The notes under the pieces: generated by a model
Databases searched by the model: none
What the model saw: only the letters and a program-made list of their open reading frames with translations
Told to the model about the DNA's origin: nothing
Shown here: positions 30,805 to 42,904 of the stretch, piece after piece
Position numbering within the stretch: the stretch's first letter is position 1
Layout of the letters: every line of letters starts with the position of its first letter
DNA from: Candidatus Moanibacter sp.
GTDB taxonomy: Bacteria > Verrucomicrobiota > Verrucomicrobiia > Opitutales > UBA2987
Reading direction: 5' to 3'
NCBI GenBank assembly: GCA_965215885.1
Contig: CBDCEW010000071.1
Span: forward strand, 1-44,979
Length of the DNA stretch: 44,979 nt
Translations under genes and position numbers: made by a program

Positions 30805-33366
30805 ATGAGAGCAATTTTGACTCTTAGAACTCGAATTCTGAGATATGGTGATGTATTTGGGAGCGCCATTCTCTGCCTGACGGGTATAGTGAATCTTGCC
30901 TTGGGCGCAAACGAGCAGACTGGAAACCAGATCCTGGAGCTCGAAGAATTCATCTCCGAGGAGACGGCCCTCGAGGAGTCAGACACCCTGCTGCCGACCG
31001 AGAGAGCGGTTGACTCGGTGTTTGGGTCCCCGCGCACCCTTCTGGAAACACCCCGGGCAGTTACCGTGATCAATCCCGAGTCGATGAAGGAGTTCGATAT
31101 CGACAATGTCTACGAGCTGGCCGATTTCGTACCCGGAGCCTCAGTAATAAATTACTACGGTCTTCCTGGTATTCCGACTACCAGAGGCCTTTTCAGTTCG
31201 GTCTACTTCAATGGAATGCTGCGGGTATGGAATCGCAACGGCTACCCCACCTCATTCGGCTCCCTGGAATCCCTCGACTTCGTAAGGGGTCCCGCCCCCG
31301 CATTTTATAGTGCCGCGACACCTGGAGGATACGTCAATTTCATCCCGAAATCTCCCTATTTCGATGAATTTCGCGGCGCCCTGAGATTCACTTACGGTTC
31401 TTACTCCCACTTCAACTCCCAGATTGATATCGGTGGTCCCCGCCTCATTGGTGAAAGACCGGCGGCCTGGCGAATTTCCGTTACCATTCAGGATTCCGAA
31501 GCCTTTCACGACGACATAAACGACGACTACATCTCCCTCTACGGCGCCATGAAAATGAAGGTGAGCAAGAAGCTATCCATCTTTCTCGGCGGCGAATACT
31601 ATCAACACCGCTCCAATGAGAATCCCGGCTGGAATCGCGTCACTCAAGAGTTGATCGATCGAAATCAATATGTCATCGGTGAACCGCTCAACGATCTAAC
31701 GGGCGCGGAAATTCAAATCCCTATTGCGCTTCCCTTTTCCGGAGGCGACAGTCCCGACGATTTCCTGGTCACGAACTCTACGCCGGGTATTGCCAGTCGT
31801 GAGGTCATAGAAATGATGTCTCCATTCGGCGGCATTAGAGGAGGATTCGGGTTACCGCGCCACGGAAGGCGTTTCTCCGAATTTAATCCATCCACTTTCA
31901 CTCCTGAACAGCAAACGTTATTTGCTTTTATTGGGGGCTTAAATAACACAGGAAATCCTTTTTGCCCATGCTTCACCGGCGAAATTCAGACGGTGACCAT
32001 CTCGCCCAAATGGGTCCTCGCCGACGAGGTGGATTTTGCCAACGCAGATACCTTTCTCTTCTTTTTTGATACCGAATTCGAGAAGAAGGAGAACTGGAAG
32101 ATTACTAACAAGTTTTTCGTCGATACCTATGAACGCAGCAAGCAATCCTCTTACGGATACGCGGAATTCGGAGAAAACTTTACTCTGGAAAACAAAATCG
32201 TGGTCGAGCACAAGTTACCCAACCTGGGCAGTGGTAGCACCCTGATCTATGGTGGCGCAATCCGTTACGAGGACGCCCTCGCCTTGACCGACTTCACCTC
32301 GGAACCTTTCAGCCGGCGCGATATCACTAAGCCCGTCCTTCCCAATGAGAGAGTTGCGGCGGGCTCTGACCAGGACATCAATGGAGAGAATTTCTGGGAT
32401 CCCTTCGGTTCTTTCGACACCAAAATGGTGAATTACGGCTCCTTTCTCACTGCCGATCTCAAGTTCGGTGAGAAATTCACTCTTTTCCTCAGCGGACGTG
32501 TCGACCATTCCAACTGGGATCGTAGAGTTGCCGATCAGGCCCAGGGTAATCGAGCCGGGCAAGATCTCGGCAGCGGCGGCAAAACCTACTTTAGCTGGAG
32601 CGTCTCTCCCCTCTACTCGGTTGCCTCAGGCGTATCATTTTACGCAACCTACCAGGAGGGCACATCCTACCAGGGTTTTTACGTCTCGGGAGGAATCCAC
32701 CAGGGCGACGTAAACTTTTCACAGGCCAGTCTGGCCGAAGCCGGAGTGAAAATGAATCTTTGGGAAGATACCTTCTATGCCAGCTTTAATATCTTTCACC
32801 AGGATCTCGTGCAGTTTGACACTCGCGGCAGCCTGGCACGACCGCAACGCGGCCGTGGTATTGAGTTCGAGACCGTTTACAGCCATAACGAATGGCTCTC
32901 GATCCTGTTCAACTGCACCTGGCAGGAACACTTCTTTCGCAGCAGTGGTCTTCCCGGTGGATTCATACCTTTGTCTGAGGAACTGACCGTTCTCTACGCA
33001 GGCGGTTTGTATGCGGACTTTGGCAATGTTTCAAATCGTCCCAACAGAGGGTCTCGATTCGGGCTGCCTGAATGGTCGATAAACGCCTATCTTCGCATCA
33101 AGCTGCCAAACGGTATTTCCATAGGTATGGGGCCGCGTTATATCGACTCGATCTACGCCAATGTCGACAAAACATTAAGAGTACCGAATTATATAGTCTG
33201 GAACGGACGCATCGAATACGCCACCGAGAAATGGGAAATCGCACTTTCCGCGAGCAACATCTTCGAAGAGCGCTATTTTGTCGTACAAGAGAGTTTCGCA
33301 GGAAATACTATTATCAAACACATGCCGTTCGCCAAGTGGAAGGCCACTTTCCGCTATAAATTCTAG
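30805..33366 (+). CDS. TonB-dependent outer membrane receptor
   Basis: Plug motifs ETPRAVTVI, RG, VRGP..GGYVN; barrel strands; C-terminal FRYKF. Confidence 0.92.
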   Translation: MRAILTLRTRILRYGDVFGSAILCLTGIVNLALGANEQTGNQILELEEFISEETALEESDTLLPTERAVDSVFGSPRTLLETPRAVTVINPESMKEFDIDNVYELADFVPGASVINYYGLPGIPTTRGLFSSVYFNGMLRVWNRNGYPTSFGSLESLDFVRGPAPAFYSAATPGGYVNFIPKSPYFDEFRGALRFTYGSYSHFNSQIDIGGPRLIGERPAAWRISVTIQDSEAFHDDINDDYISLYGAMKMKVSKKLSIFLGGEYYQHRSNENPGWNRVTQELIDRNQYVIGEPLNDLTGAEIQIPIALPFSGGDSPDDFLVTNSTPGIASREVIEMMSPFGGIRGGFGLPRHGRRFSEFNPSTFTPEQQTLFAFIGGLNNTGNPFCPCFTGEIQTVTISPKWVLADEVDFANADTFLFFFDTEFEKKENWKITNKFFVDTYERSKQSSYGYAEFGENFTLENKIVVEHKLPNLGSGSTLIYGGAIRYEDALALTDFTSEPFSRRDITKPVLPNERVAAGSDQDINGENFWDPFGSFDTKMVNYGSFLTADLKFGEKFTLFLSGRVDHSNWDRRVADQAQGNRAGQDLGSGGKTYFSWSVSPLYSVASGVSFYATYQEGTSYQGFYVSGGIHQGDVNFSQASLAEAGVKMNLWEDTFYASFNIFHQDLVQFDTRGSLARPQRGRGIEFETVYSHNEWLSILFNCTWQEHFFRSSGLPGGFIPLSEELTVLYAGGLYADFGNVSNRPNRGSRFGLPEWSINAYLRIKLPNGISIGMGPRYIDSIYANVDKTLRVPNYIVWNGRIEYATEKWEIALSASNIFEERYFVVQESFAGNTIIKHMPFAKWKATFRYKF

Positions 33367-33480
33367 CCCGTTTTTCTCACTACCGAGCGAAGCGACATCT
33401 TGCAATTCTCAAGAAGGGTGTTGCGGCAAGATGCTCTTCCCAAAGCGCTGTTGCCGGCCGGCCACAAAAAGCGGGCTAAA

Positions 33481-34890
33481 TCACTTGATGCTCTGCGAAA
33501 GTGCAGCGCGCTCTACTGCCTCGAGGTAGTCCTCTACGTTGTCAGTCGGTTCGATATCAACGGCTTCGCGCAAGAGGGGAACCGCTTCGGAGTACTCGCC
33601 CCGGCTGACATACATTTGCGACTGTTGGAGCAGAGCGCGATACCGGCAGTCGTAGATCTTTCTCGCCGCTTCGAAATTGAAGATCGCTTCTTCGATCTGT
33701 TCATCATTCCACTGAAAATCCGCCAGGAGGAGGAGCGATTTGCAATTCAAGGGATCGCGATCGATGATGATCTTCAAGGTTCTTACCGCTTTTTCCGTAT
33801 CACCAGTAGCCAGAGCAATCTCCGATTCCAGGGTGAGCAGTTCCAACTCAGCCTCGCCCTTTATCTTCCTGCCATAGGATTGACGAATCGACCCCAGGTA
33901 ACTTTTCGCTTCGTCCCACAGGCCCTGGGCCGCGAGGATGCTTGCCACCCGCAACGGTATCCTCACATCGCTCTTCTCTTTCCCTTTAAGCGCTTGAACA
34001 TAAACCGAATAAGCCAGTTTTGCCAGGCCTTTATTGATATAGATATCTCCCAACAGGAAGAGGCTGTCCGCCCGCGCTTTCCCCATCCGCCGCAGCACTT
34101 CCAAATTCGCGGCTGCTTCCATATCCCTTTTCAATCCCAAATAGGCATTGGCCTGCAAAAGCCAGAATTCAGGCCGATCCGGTTTACCGGTTATCAGCTC
34201 ATCGAGCATTGTTATCGATTCCTCCCACCTCTGCATAAATAGCAGACATTGGGTCTTTCCGATTTTCCAATCCTTGCTTTTGGGAGTATAGAGCAATGCC
34301 TGTTGATAGGAAGCCAGCGCGGGATCGATCATCTCCAGGTTGTAATAGCAGTGGCCCAGAAGTCCGTAAATGTCTCCAGTCGCTCCACCTAACTCAATCG
34401 TCTTTACGAATCGGGGTACTGCCGATTTGAGATTGTTCGTTCGCACAAACAGCTTTCCCAACACACCGTGAGCGCGCATAAAGTTGGGAAATCCCTTTAT
34501 AGCCGTCCGATAAGAACTCAACGCCGACGAGTAGTTTTCCGATTCAAAGTATAAATTGCCCAAGGTAAAATTTAACGCCGGGCTCGATTCTGGAGTGATG
34601 CTTGCACGAAGCGTAGAAATAGCGGCATTGATATTGGTCCTTATCAGCGGCACAAGCTGGTCAAACAGCTCTTTTTCCTCAGCATTGATTGTCGGTTCCG
34701 TCCTCGTATCCACCCCGTAAGTGTATGTGAAGGACTTCACCCAGGCTTCATCTGTAAAATAATCATTGCGAAGGGGTATGTTGACTTCGGATTGGGCGAA
34801 AAGTCCACAATAGGACAGCCCGCCCAGCAACAAGGCAAATATCGCCATAGGCAGGCGTGTTTCAGGTATTGGGTTCGACATTCTCGACAT
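33481..34890 (-). CDS. Tetratricopeptide repeat protein (TtpD-like)
   Basis: Signal peptide, multiple TPR helices; last gene of the TonB operon. Confidence 0.85.
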   Translation of the reverse strand: MSRMSNPIPETRLPMAIFALLLGGLSYCGLFAQSEVNIPLRNDYFTDEAWVKSFTYTYGVDTRTEPTINAEEKELFDQLVPLIRTNINAAISTLRASITPESSPALNFTLGNLYFESENYSSALSSYRTAIKGFPNFMRAHGVLGKLFVRTNNLKSAVPRFVKTIELGGATGDIYGLLGHCYYNLEMIDPALASYQQALLYTPKSKDWKIGKTQCLLFMQRWEESITMLDELITGKPDRPEFWLLQANAYLGLKRDMEAAANLEVLRRMGKARADSLFLLGDIYINKGLAKLAYSVYVQALKGKEKSDVRIPLRVASILAAQGLWDEAKSYLGSIRQSYGRKIKGEAELELLTLESEIALATGDTEKAVRTLKIIIDRDPLNCKSLLLLADFQWNDEQIEEAIFNFEAARKIYDCRYRALLQQSQMYVSRGEYSEAVPLLREAVDIEPTDNVEDYLEAVERAALSQSIK

Positions 34891-34904
34891 CCTCGCTTTT
34901 CGAT

Positions 34905-35564
34905 TCAGGTAAGTTTAAAAGATATAGGTTGAATCCGGCGCACCTTAACCGGCCTTCCATTCTTCCTTCCCGGTTCAAATTTCCATTGCAAAATTGCATC
35001 CACCGCCGGCTTGACAAACTCTTTGTGACTCGCCTTTTGCACTCTCGCATCGATTACATTCCCTCTCTCGTCGATTATTATAATCAATCTCACCGAACCT
35101 TCGATGCCCTCACGTTTAAATTGAAAAGGGTATAGCGGTCGTGCCGCGAAAATTCGTCGAGGATTATTATCCAGATCCTTCAGCTCGAAAATCATCTGCG
35201 CTATAGTATTCGGAGTAACGCCGAAACCGAACATCGCCCCGCCGATTCCGAGGGCGTCACCCACGCCCGGGTTGAGGGCCACTTCCAGCTGACTCAGATC
35301 GAGAGGTTGCTCTTCCTCTTCAAATTCCGGCTTCTCTTCTTCAATTTCATCTTCCTCGGGAGGTGGAGGTTCCGGAGGCGGCGCATCTGGCGGTGGCATA
35401 GTCATTTCGGCAATGGTGACTAGATCGTCGGACTTCTGGAGTCCGGACAAAAGCTGAGTAAGCGGTAAGGCTAGAAAAATCAATCCGGCCAATATTATCG
35501 AACCTGCGACGGGTCCGATTGGTCTCTTGTTGAGTCTGGGAGGGTTATAGACTCTCTTCTTCAT
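34905..35564 (-). CDS. tonB: Energy transducer TonB
   Basis: N-terminal TM, Pro/Glu-rich linker, YP..EG.V..WKFEPG..G.PV. Confidence 0.93.
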   Translation of the reverse strand: MKKRVYNPPRLNKRPIGPVAGSIILAGLIFLALPLTQLLSGLQKSDDLVTIAEMTMPPPDAPPPEPPPPEEDEIEEEKPEFEEEEQPLDLSQLEVALNPGVGDALGIGGAMFGFGVTPNTIAQMIFELKDLDNNPRRIFAARPLYPFQFKREGIEGSVRLIIIIDERGNVIDARVQKASHKEFVKPAVDAILQWKFEPGRKNGRPVKVRRIQPISFKLT

Positions 35565-35608
35565 TATCCTTTCACTACTCCTTAGATCCTTCCGGTTATG
35601 CGCCTCCG

Positions 35609-36013
35609 TCAGTTCCCAGCGGCATTGATGCTGATCTGTTCCGCCCCGGCAGCTTTCGCATGGTCCATTACGCGAACCATGAGGCCCGCGGCCGCCTCAT
35701 GTTCAACTTCCAGTATGACTGGTACCATTTTCCGCTGCATCTCATTTCTTACCGTTACGCGGACTCCGTTCAATCCAACATCTTGCCCGTTGAATAGGAC
35801 CTGTCCCTTTTTAGTAATCCGGAATTTGATCAATTCCTCATCCATACTACTCACCGCGGACGGTTGCGGCTTGTTGACATCGAGACCCTCTTCCTCCACG
35901 AAAACGGTAGTCACAATAAAAAATATCAAGAGGATAAAGACGCAATCGATCATCGGAGAGATGTTGATGTCCACCTTGTCGGAGCCTTCGCCAAGTTTTC
36001 TCCGTGCGCTCAT
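35609..36013 (-). CDS. exbD: ExbD/TolR family protein
   Basis: INISPMIDCVFILLIFFIVTT; ATG at 36013 overlaps the upstream TGA. Confidence 0.93.
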   Translation of the reverse strand: MSARRKLGEGSDKVDINISPMIDCVFILLIFFIVTTVFVEEEGLDVNKPQPSAVSSMDEELIKFRITKKGQVLFNGQDVGLNGVRVTVRNEMQRKMVPVILEVEHEAAAGLMVRVMDHAKAAGAEQISINAAGN

Positions 36014-36645
36014 GCCAACAAATCCCTTTGCCTCCTGACAAGCTTGTCCGAAAAGTATTGCACACTGAGACTTTCCAAACGACCCAAAAATGTCGTTAGT
36101 TCCTGGCACCGCCTCGTCAGCATCGATACCAGAATGTATCCGGGAATCGCGATTATCAACCCCGTCTGCGTCGTAATGAGGGCCTGAGAAATGCCGCTCG
36201 CCACGACGTCAACCACCTGACCGGAACTGTGTGCCAACCCCTTAAAAGTGGTCAGCATTCCCATGACCGTTCCAAGAAGCCCCATAAGGGGAGCTGCCGT
36301 AACGAGAATACTCAGGAAAACAATTCTTCCTTCTACTGGAGGTAGATTGCTCGCCTTTATCTCGTCGAACCGGCTCTGAATGTCCCGTACCGTCTTCACT
36401 CCTTCCTGGCTGTATTGGATCATTTCCCCGATACTGCCCTTGCTCTCCTCGGGATGCTCGATCCAGCGGGACCACACCACTTCATCAATCTTGTAGTAAT
36501 CCGATCGCCGAAAATAAAACAGCAATTGGAAGGCGTAGAAATAAATCAGAAGAGCCAACAGGGCCAGCGGCACCATGAGGTATCCACCGCCCGACCAAAC
36601 TTCCGCAACGTCCTCAGCAAAGGTTGCAAAAACAACAAAACTCAT
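36010..36645 (-). CDS. exbB: MotA/TolQ/ExbB proton channel protein
   Basis: APLMGLLGTVMGM..F, GISQALITTQTGL. Confidence 0.92.
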   Translation of the reverse strand: MSFVVFATFAEDVAEVWSGGGYLMVPLALLALLIYFYAFQLLFYFRRSDYYKIDEVVWSRWIEHPEESKGSIGEMIQYSQEGVKTVRDIQSRFDEIKASNLPPVEGRIVFLSILVTAAPLMGLLGTVMGMLTTFKGLAHSSGQVVDVVASGISQALITTQTGLIIAIPGYILVSMLTRRCQELTTFLGRLESLSVQYFSDKLVRRQRDLLA

Positions 36646-38063
36646 GCCTTTAGCTTCGTCTCAAGGCCGTTCTTGAATGCCACCGCGGTCTGTTCCATGC
36701 TGGCCAGCACCCCCCTCGTTCGCCGAAGGAGCAATGCGTGAATGATGATTGCGGGAATCGCCACGCAAAGGCCGAATTCGGTCGTAACAAGCGCTTCAGA
36801 GATGCCGCTTGAGAGCGACTTGGCGTCACCCGTGCCGAATACTGTAATAAGCTTAAATGTCTTGATCATTCCGGTAACGGTGCCGAGCAGACCCATCAAA
36901 GGCGCAGTCGCCGCCACAACAGCGATAAAAGGAATCATCCGTTCCAGCTTTGGTTGAGTCGCAAGGAGACGTTCGTAGAGCACTTCGTCCAGAAGGTCCT
37001 TAGAATCCTCTGAATGCTCCACGGCGTCGGTCAGCAGGAGGCCCACCGGGCCGCTTATGCTCTTGGCTTTGGCTAAAGCTTCCTCCTTCTTTCCATCCCG
37101 AAGCATATCGAGAATGATCTGAAGGTCCTCCGGTCGGGCGCGCCTCACGCCTGAGATCTCAATCCATTTTATTATCGCGATCGTTAATGCCAAAGCCGCC
37201 AGCCCCAAGATAAAATATCCCACAATCTGTCCCTTCTCAACGTGCTCTCGTAGGGTCTCTTTGGTCGCAATATATTTCAGAGCATCGCCCAAAGTCGGAT
37301 CTACCGGGATCAAGCCTCGTCCATTTTTGCTCACTTCCCTGATTCCGGCCGCCTCAATCTCTTCTGCCTGCACAACCGAAGGCTGGGCAGAGCCGTGCTC
37401 GAGAACGACGAATCCCGTCGTATCGCTTTCATCACTTGAGAAGAGGACGATCGGTCCAATCATTGCAAATTTGCCCTTTTCCTGTGTCTTGGAAGGTGAA
37501 AGTGCATTCCCCTCAAAAATCACTCCACCAGCGAGATTCCGAACTCGATCGAGCGACATCTGAATCACGGATACTTGCATGTTCAGCTTCTCTTCATCGG
37601 TGAGAGTAGCATCCTCCCGCACATTTCTAGCCTCTTTCACTTGTTCGCCGTATAGTTGATCTTCGCTGATGTGGTACTGGTTTTCGAAGCGCTGCACATA
37701 ATCCCCCAGCAAACTGGAAAGATAGGAGACCTCATCCTTCCTTTTCGCGATCTCCTTCTCAATCGTCTGCAGATCCACCGTCCTGTTATCGCGCAGCTGA
37801 ATGGACCGTTCCATTTCGCGCCGCAGACTCAACACCTCGCCCCTCAGTCGTAGCAGATCTTGAGAAATCGGTACTTTTGCCTCGCTGATCTCCTCTCTCC
37901 TGCTTTCGAGCTTAGCGAGAGATTTCTTCAGGTCGGCTCTCGCTGAGCGTGCCGCCCTATCATAAATCTCCCGGCCTTTCTGACCTAGAGCATTACCAGT
38001 CGCTAGTACGAGTGCTAATAGAATAAACAGTCCCTTTTTCATCAAAAGTCTCCCCGACGTCAT
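36642..38063 (-). CDS. Large MotA/TolQ/ExbB protein with periplasmic coiled coil (TtpC-like)
   Basis: Signal peptide, coiled coil, PVDPT.G, APLMGLLGTVTGMI.TF, GISEALVTT. Confidence 0.9.
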   Translation of the reverse strand: MTSGRLLMKKGLFILLALVLATGNALGQKGREIYDRAARSARADLKKSLAKLESRREEISEAKVPISQDLLRLRGEVLSLRREMERSIQLRDNRTVDLQTIEKEIAKRKDEVSYLSSLLGDYVQRFENQYHISEDQLYGEQVKEARNVREDATLTDEEKLNMQVSVIQMSLDRVRNLAGGVIFEGNALSPSKTQEKGKFAMIGPIVLFSSDESDTTGFVVLEHGSAQPSVVQAEEIEAAGIREVSKNGRGLIPVDPTLGDALKYIATKETLREHVEKGQIVGYFILGLAALALTIAIIKWIEISGVRRARPEDLQIILDMLRDGKKEEALAKAKSISGPVGLLLTDAVEHSEDSKDLLDEVLYERLLATQPKLERMIPFIAVVAATAPLMGLLGTVTGMIKTFKLITVFGTGDAKSLSSGISEALVTTEFGLCVAIPAIIIHALLLRRTRGVLASMEQTAVAFKNGLETKLKA

Positions 38064-38839
38064 TTAATGTCTACCGGAAGTAGAACAAAGTTCGCTTTCT
38101 GTGGATCTTCGTAGACTTCTATAGCATCCGCAATGGTCGCAGCAAGATCGGGTCTTTCTTCCCACTCCCAACCACTCTCACCCGGCACGCCGACTCCCGA
38201 ATAAGTGCCGAGGTTGTCAATGAAATAGGCATAACCTAGCCCCAGGTATAATGTCTTTATCTCTACCGTTCTCCCGCCCTCCAACTCGCGCAGGCCAGTG
38301 TCCAGAATTATGCCCCCATTGAATTTGTCAGCCTGTGTCAATATACCGACGACATTCTGCATTCTTGCGGATAGGGATGCCTCAGTCTCCTCGCCAGGCT
38401 TGGGGATTCGCGCGTATAGAGGATCGATCGTTGTCTTCAACGGTTGCGGAAACACGATATAAAGTTCATGAACCTGTTTTTCCAGTTTCGCGATGACTTT
38501 TTGGATGGTACCGGATGCTTTCTTTAGCTTTGTCCGTTCCTTGCCCAGCTTCTCTCTTTTGGCATCCGCCTGTGAGATCTCTTCCCGACTCTTCTCCAGC
38601 TTCTCCTCCAGCGTTGAAATCTCAGACTTCAGGATGTCGATAATGCCATCTAAAGTCTTTTTGTCCTCATCCCACTCCGAATCCGCTTTTTCAATCTTAG
38701 CCTCTGTTTCAATCCATTGATTCAAGGTTTCACGCGTTTCAACGAGGTCCACCTGTGCCTCCAGGCTGCACGGAAATACCGCAAAGCCGAAGCTCACACC
38801 CAGCAATGCCATTTTATTCGATTCTCTATTGATGGTCAT
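38060..38839 (-). CDS. DUF3450 family protein (TtpB-like)
   Basis: Exported coiled coil; LYLGLG.AY, W.W and LLPV C-terminal pattern; first gene of the TonB operon. Confidence 0.75.
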   Translation of the reverse strand: MTINRESNKMALLGVSFGFAVFPCSLEAQVDLVETRETLNQWIETEAKIEKADSEWDEDKKTLDGIIDILKSEISTLEEKLEKSREEISQADAKREKLGKERTKLKKASGTIQKVIAKLEKQVHELYIVFPQPLKTTIDPLYARIPKPGEETEASLSARMQNVVGILTQADKFNGGIILDTGLRELEGGRTVEIKTLYLGLGYAYFIDNLGTYSGVGVPGESGWEWEERPDLAATIADAIEVYEDPQKANFVLLPVDIK

Positions 38840-39065
38840 ATATCGTTATTTCTGAAAATCTCCGATCTCCTGGAACCGTCGCGACCAATTACGTTCCAGC
38901 GGATCGAGTAATCCCAATTATTGGTGCGGGTTACTTAGTGTGAGAAAAATATTCGGTCAAGCTCTCTGTTTTAGCAAAAGATTACGTAGGAAGTTGAGCA
39001 GGCGCTATAACTCTGTCAACCCTATCCTCCTATCATCACCCCTAATCGTAGGACCTCTCCGAAAA

Positions 39066-40706
39066 TCAAATATTCCCCTTCCTGAAGCTTAGTTTGGGAA
39101 AGATCCACAAGACAGCTGCTCCCACCAGGAGTGAATAGAAAGGCGAAATCCCAATTCCCGCGGGAACGAATCCTACCGCAATCGCCGTGAATGCAGCGAG
39201 TAACGCGTAAGGTATCTGGGTCCTAACGTGATCATGCGGCTCCACGTCGCAAGCGATCGAGGAAATTATAGTCGTATCGCTTATCGGCGAGCAGTGATCT
39301 CCAAAAACTGCGCCGCTGAATACTGCACCTACGACCGTTGCCAGCAGGGTGTATTCCGACTCCGTCACCTCTCCACCGGACAATCCGAACACAACGGACA
39401 CGGACAATGGCATGAGGATGATCATGGTCCCCCAAGCCGATCCCGTCGTAAAAGAGATGACACCTCCCACGAGGAAGATTGCCCCCGGAAGGGCAAACAG
39501 CGGCATACGCCCTTCCAGGAGACGCGAGATCACCTCCGCCGCTTGCAGATCACTAAGGGTGCTGCTCAATACCCAGGCACCCAACAAGATAAGAACAGGA
39601 AGGAAGAGTGTCCGCACACCTTCCGCGTATACCTCCGAGGGTGGCTCCTTATTCTTCCTCCTCGGATAGAGCGCATAAGCCACCAGAGACGCCAATGCGC
39701 TCGCCGAGATCAAAATAATAACTACCTCGCTACCCCCGAACGCTGTCACGATCTTTGCTCGGGTCACCGGCCAGGGACTCTCCCCACCGGAAAGATAGAT
39801 ACCAAATACCAAGAAAAACACTAAAACCAATATGGGGACGACCGCCACAAGCCAGTGAGCGGTCCTCTCGCCATCCAATTCTCCCGTCCCATCATTCTCC
39901 GAAAACGCAAGATCAGCGCTCGCCCTCGAACGCCGCAGCCTTTCTCTGGCGTTCCATTCAAATTCTTCCATTGATCCCGGATTGAACTGTTTAGCGATCG
40001 ACACAACGATCAGCATGAGAGTAAAGATACAGTAGAAATTATACGGAATGGATTCGAAAAAAAGGGCATAAGGTGCCACTTCTTCACCGCGACCGGCCAG
40101 AACATATCCCTCCCGGATCATCGCCAGCTGTGTGGCTATCCAAGTGGAGACAAACGCTAAACACGCCACCGCCGAACTCGTCGAATCGACCAGATAAGCG
40201 AGCTTTACTCGGGAGACCCCACATCGATCGGCCAGCTTGCGCATTATGCGGCCCACCATAATGCTATTCGCCAGTCCATCAAAAAAAACGATCAACCCCA
40301 TTATCAGTGTGCTCCACTGCAGCCTTCGCGCCGGATCACCCCCATGTGCAAGAAGTTTACCGACAAGAGTCTGGAGGCCCCCTCCCTTTTCAATGAGAGC
40401 CACAAATCCACCTAAGAGGAGCGTAAAGATTATTGCTCCTATCTTCCAACTGTCCTGAAGGGCAGGAATCAGGTGATCCGAAAAGAACGATAGGTATGCT
40501 TTGATGGGATTTCCACCTGCAATGATTATTACGCCCGCCGTCCCACCCGCTAGAAGACCGGTAAGCACCCGCCTAATTAGCAGAACCACTCCAAGAGCCA
40601 CTACGCTTGGCCAGAATGCCCTTATCTGAAAATCGGTCAGTGCAAATAAAAATGCGGAGCCCCACAGAATCCACGAGTATACGACGCGATTTCGATTACT
40701 GAGCAT
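39066..40706 (-). CDS. Na+/H+ antiporter NhaC family transporter
   Basis: KLAYLVDSTS, SFTTGSAWGT, GAVFGDHCSPISDTTIISS..HVRTQIPY. Start 40706 preferred because 40802 lies inside the groEL terminator. Confidence 0.88.
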   Translation of the reverse strand: MLSNRNRVVYSWILWGSAFLFALTDFQIRAFWPSVVALGVVLLIRRVLTGLLAGGTAGVIIIAGGNPIKAYLSFFSDHLIPALQDSWKIGAIIFTLLLGGFVALIEKGGGLQTLVGKLLAHGGDPARRLQWSTLIMGLIVFFDGLANSIMVGRIMRKLADRCGVSRVKLAYLVDSTSSAVACLAFVSTWIATQLAMIREGYVLAGRGEEVAPYALFFESIPYNFYCIFTLMLIVVSIAKQFNPGSMEEFEWNARERLRRSRASADLAFSENDGTGELDGERTAHWLVAVVPILVLVFFLVFGIYLSGGESPWPVTRAKIVTAFGGSEVVIILISASALASLVAYALYPRRKNKEPPSEVYAEGVRTLFLPVLILLGAWVLSSTLSDLQAAEVISRLLEGRMPLFALPGAIFLVGGVISFTTGSAWGTMIILMPLSVSVVFGLSGGEVTESEYTLLATVVGAVFSGAVFGDHCSPISDTTIISSIACDVEPHDHVRTQIPYALLAAFTAIAVGFVPAGIGISPFYSLLVGAAVLWIFPKLSFRKGNI

Positions 40707-40785
40707 TCTTCGAAAATTGGGAATTATATTGATCAGTTGAGGACGTAGAGGCTTAGAATTCAAGATTCCGCTCCGAAACCCAACA

Positions 40786-40819
40786 AGAAAAAAGCGCTTC
40801 ATTTAAGAAGCGCTTTTTC
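40786..40819 (-). terminator. Intrinsic terminator after groEL
   Basis: AAAAAGCGCTTC-ATTTAA-GAAGCGCTTTTT hairpin with T tracts on both strands. Confidence 0.85.
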
Positions 40820-40845
40820 AATCAAACTCGTTGAACAATCTGGAA

Positions 40846-42501
<1,656 letters not shown>

Positions 42502-42795
42502 TTAACTAACGATTCCAAGAATATCGTCTTCGCGAACCAGGGTATATTCCTGCTCATCGAATTTGACCTCAGTCCCTCCATATTTGCTCACGATAACGCG
42601 ATCACCGACTTTCACGGAGAATTCAATGACCTTTCCGTTATCATCCTTCTTTCCCGTGCCCAGGGCGACCACTTCGGCCTCCTGCGGCTTTTCCTTGGCG
42701 GAATCAGGAATTATGATCCCGCCCTTTACTTGCTCATCTTCTTCGATCGCCCTAATCAAGACACGATCTCCGAGTGGTTTTATTTTTGGTTTCAT
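42502..42795 (-). CDS. groES: Co-chaperonin GroES
   Basis: [28 protein letters not shown]. Confidence 0.99.
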   Translation of the reverse strand: MKPKIKPLGDRVLIRAIEEDEQVKGGIIIPDSAKEKPQEAEVVALGTGKKDDNGKVIEFSVKVGDRVIVSKYGGTEVKFDEQEYTLVREDDILGIVS

Positions 42796-42904
42796 TGCTG
42801 TCTCTTATTTTCGATTATTGTTAAGATGCCTGTTGTTATAGTTATCTACGAACAGAATTGGCCGACCGTGCACACATCTCGCACACTGATCAAACCACAA
42901 AGAC

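Noticed and set aside
38905..38925. Fur box upstream of the TonB operon
   Set aside because: Match to GATAATGATAATCATTATC is too weak
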